DNA of 64,000 nucleotides from a virus: positions 1-64,000 of IMG/VR virus record IMGVR_UViG_3300005466_000024; one strand, 5' to 3'. Of this stretch, positions 62,069 to 64,000 are shown piece by piece. Positions within the stretch are counted from its first letter, which is position 1, and the number at the start of each line of letters is the position of its first letter. The translations under genes and the position numbers were made by a program. Below the pieces are notes generated by a model. That model had not been told where the DNA came from. It saw only the letters and a list, made by a program, of their open reading frames with translations, and did no database searches.

Positions 62069-62727
62069 CAGCTGATTCCCTTCTGCGGTGTGTTCACCTG
62101 AGGCTTGGTGAACCTCCAGGTGCTGGTGCCGTCCGGGGCGACGTCCTGGGTGGCCACGAACAGGTGGGTCATGTCGACGTGTTCGTCGCACAGCGGCGGC
62201 ACGCCGCCGCGGTCGTCGGTGGCGGACTGGATGACCCGGCCACCGATGATCACCCCGGTCTTGGGATCCACCCGGCCGCACTGCAGGCAGGGCTTCTCGA
62301 CGAGTGCCCTGCTGACGTTGGAGGTGTTGACCGTGATGGTCGGTTCGACCGGCTTGCCCTCGTTGTTGATCGGGCGCCCGGAGTTCATGATCTCCACCAA
62401 CCGGTCTTCGGGGGCCTTGACGTGCTGGTTCATCAGCAGCGTGATCTCGTCCTCCATCCCCGGGTCGGCGGACACCGTCAGGGCCTGGCGCATCCACAGC
62501 CGTTGGAAGCCGCGCACCTCCAGGCATTCCTTGGGCAGGGAGGCGATGGAGTCCATCTCGCCGGCCGGGGCGAGTTCCAGGCTGATGCGGGTGGCCATCG
62601 GTCCGGCGCCGATGACGGTGTGGATGTGCACCTGGTTGCGCGTGTTGTTGCGCACGAACAGCGGCCCGTCGTGGCGGCGCAGTTCGGGCAGCGTCTGGGG
62701 ATTGGAGGTCTTCTCCGGCACGGTCAT
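62068..62727 (-). CDS. Conserved-looking head-region protein (219 aa)
   Basis: First gene of the late block; LFVRNNT...LERPAG-like beta motif (LELAPAG), C-terminal CxxC...C-H Zn motif; start ATG 62727. Confidence 0.65.
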   Translation of the reverse strand: MTVPEKTSNPQTLPELRRHDGPLFVRNNTRNQVHIHTVIGAGPMATRISLELAPAGEMDSIASLPKECLEVRGFQRLWMRQALTVSADPGMEDEITLLMNQHVKAPEDRLVEIMNSGRPINNEGKPVEPTITVNTSNVSRALVEKPCLQCGRVDPKTGVIIGGRVIQSATDDRGGVPPLCDEHVDMTHLFVATQDVAPDGTSTWRFTKPQVNTPQKGIS

Positions 62728-62873
62728 CGCGACCACCCTTTGTTGGCGGCGCTCACGCTGCGGGGTTCCCTTCCCGGCTACAGCGCGCTACCTACCCTTT
62801 ACGGGGGCCGGGCAAAGGGGAACCCCGCCACTACAGCTAGGGAGGCTAAAGCGGCGGGGTTCCGATCAGGGGG

Positions 62874-63143
62874 TTATTCGCCCGCGGGCTCGAGGAGGGG
62901 GACGTGCTCGGCCCCGTGGGCATCGATGTGGACTACAACGGGGTTGGTGAGTCGCAGGCCGGGGTCGGCGAGCACCTCGTCCAGGAACGATTCCAGGCAC
63001 AGGGGGCAGCACTGCACGATGATCCGCTGGGTGCGGTCGGCATCGAGTACTGCCATCAGGGGCATGTCCAACGCCTCGGCGAACGCCTCGGCCCCCCTGA
63101 CCGCTTCGCGTTCGGCCAGCGTCACCAGATAACTGTTCATCAT
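62874..63143 (-). CDS. Hypothetical protein (89 aa)
   Basis: RBS GGGAGGGAG; probable start ATG 63143; CCPLC motif. Confidence 0.5.
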   Translation of the reverse strand: MMNSYLVTLAEREAVRGAEAFAEALDMPLMAVLDADRTQRIIVQCCPLCLESFLDEVLADPGLRLTNPVVVHIDAHGAEHVPLLEPAGE

Positions 63144-63271
63144 TTCGTCTCCCTCCCTTCCCCGGTCAGTTGAAATCGACAGCGTCACAACAATTCTAGG
63201 GATCAGGCCCCGGAAAATCAAAGATGGGGCTGTGATATTCCCCCACAGCCTTTCCCGATTAAACGCCCCGA

Positions 63272-63445
63272 TTACCCCTGATCGGTGCGTATCTGCGGTT
63301 GGTGGCCGGGCGCCGGATACACCTGGACCGTCATCTGGTCGTCGCCGGTGACGTTCACGCACACCTCACTGGTGGTTCCGTCGCGGTGCAGTGCCGAGGT
63401 CCACTGGCTCTCGCCGGACCGGATCACCCGGGTCTCATGCGTCAT
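63272..63445 (-). CDS. Small hypothetical protein (57 aa)
   Basis: Not in track; MTHETRVIRSGESQW...; RBS AAGGGA just after the lsr2 stop. Confidence 0.45.
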   Translation of the reverse strand: MTHETRVIRSGESQWTSALHRDGTTSEVCVNVTGDDQMTVQVYPAPGHQPQIRTDQG

Positions 63446-63473
63446 TGCCCGGGATCCCTTACTGCGTGGTCCA

Positions 63474-63803
63474 TCAGCCGACTGCGACCACGGGCTGGCG
63501 TTGCGCCGCCTCGTAGGCGTCGTTCACCTGCTTGGGGATGCGCCCCCGGTTGCGCACGATGTACCCGTTCTTCCTGGCCCATTCGCGGACCACGTCGAGG
63601 TCCACCTTGTCGGCGGCGGCTTTCTTGTCGCTCTTGCCGACGACGCGCGAGTGCCGCAGCCACTTCTCCATGTCCTTGTCGAAGAGTGCCTTGTTGGCGT
63701 TCGTCAGGTCGATCTCGCGACGTTCACCGTCGTAGGTGAATCGCCAGGTGCCGTCGGCGAGGTTGCCGTCGATATCGTCGATCAGCATCTTTTGTTCCAT
63801 CAC
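63474..63803 (-). CDS. lsr2: Lsr2 family nucleoid-associated protein
   Basis: LIDDIDG...F-YDG...EIDL (dimerisation domain) and VREWARKNGY-V--RGRIP...AY (AT-hook-like DNA-binding domain). Confidence 0.93.
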   Translation of the reverse strand: MMEQKMLIDDIDGNLADGTWRFTYDGERREIDLTNANKALFDKDMEKWLRHSRVVGKSDKKAAADKVDLDVVREWARKNGYIVRNRGRIPKQVNDAYEAAQRQPVVAVG

Positions 63804-64000
63804 GGCCTCTCGGTTGCGTTATCCGCTATTTGGGACAATGATATAGAGCCGGGGATTGGGGATCAAGCTGACCGCCACACCCACACCCTATTTCCACAAT
63901 CATAGATTCGCACATACCCCAACAGGTGCATGATCCTCGGGTTCATTCTTCATTTTGGGTTTGGTAACGGGTCGGTACTTCTGCCTCGTTGGCCCTGACC

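Larger units (their letters stand above)
1897..64000. mobile_element. Large myovirus-type (contractile tail) phage or phage-plasmid module, Bxz1/cluster C-like gene set
   Basis: Continuous, tightly packed (ATGA/TGATG overlaps) minus-strand gene array: neck, sheath, tube, chaperones, tape measure, baseplate, plus DnaE/DnaB/primase/RecA replication. Capsid, portal, terminase and integrase not seen in the window. Confidence 0.85.

Noticed and set aside
1-64000. tRNA, tmRNA or rRNA genes (cluster C phages often carry tRNAs)
   Set aside because: No cloverleaf or T-loop GTTCRA-type signature recognised in intergenic gaps by eye; tRNAscan-SE/ARAGORN would be decisive.

Overview
High-GC (roughly 65-70%) actinobacterial, Mycobacterium-like window. 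About 62 kb is one continuous large myovirus-type module, almost all on the minus strand, resembling Bxz1/cluster C-like mycobacteriophages (my judgement, no database search). Reading along the minus strand: Lsr2; small putative capsid-accessory proteins; neck/head-tail proteins; a ~45-repeat fibre; HNH endonuclease; glycosyltransferases; tail sheath, tube, frameshifted chaperones and tape measure; baseplate hub-lysin, gp25-like, J-like and wedge proteins; a 1626-aa minor tail protein; an accessory block with SNF2 and UvrD helicases and NADAR; then DnaB, primase, SSB-like, intein-containing DnaE, RecA, Cas4-like nuclease and two Holliday-junction resolvases. Only 56 bp after the last phage gene, on the same strand, an ESX type VII secretion operon begins (eccB, then eccC running off the edge). 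No capsid, portal, terminase, integrase, tRNA or CRISPR array is visible. Top leads: (1) a myophage fused to an ESX-2/ESX-P-like T7SS, possibly a conjugative phage-plasmid; (2) ADP-ribosyltransferase-fold proteins embedded in virion operons that share an MRRILTARERVAxWH leader, a candidate packaging/cleavage signal with swappable cargo domains, plus a NADAR eraser; (3) a glycan-building toolkit (pyruvyltransferase-GT fusion, GT paralogues, sugar O-methyltransferase) near Thr-rich virion fibres. All protein assignments come from manual motif recognition.
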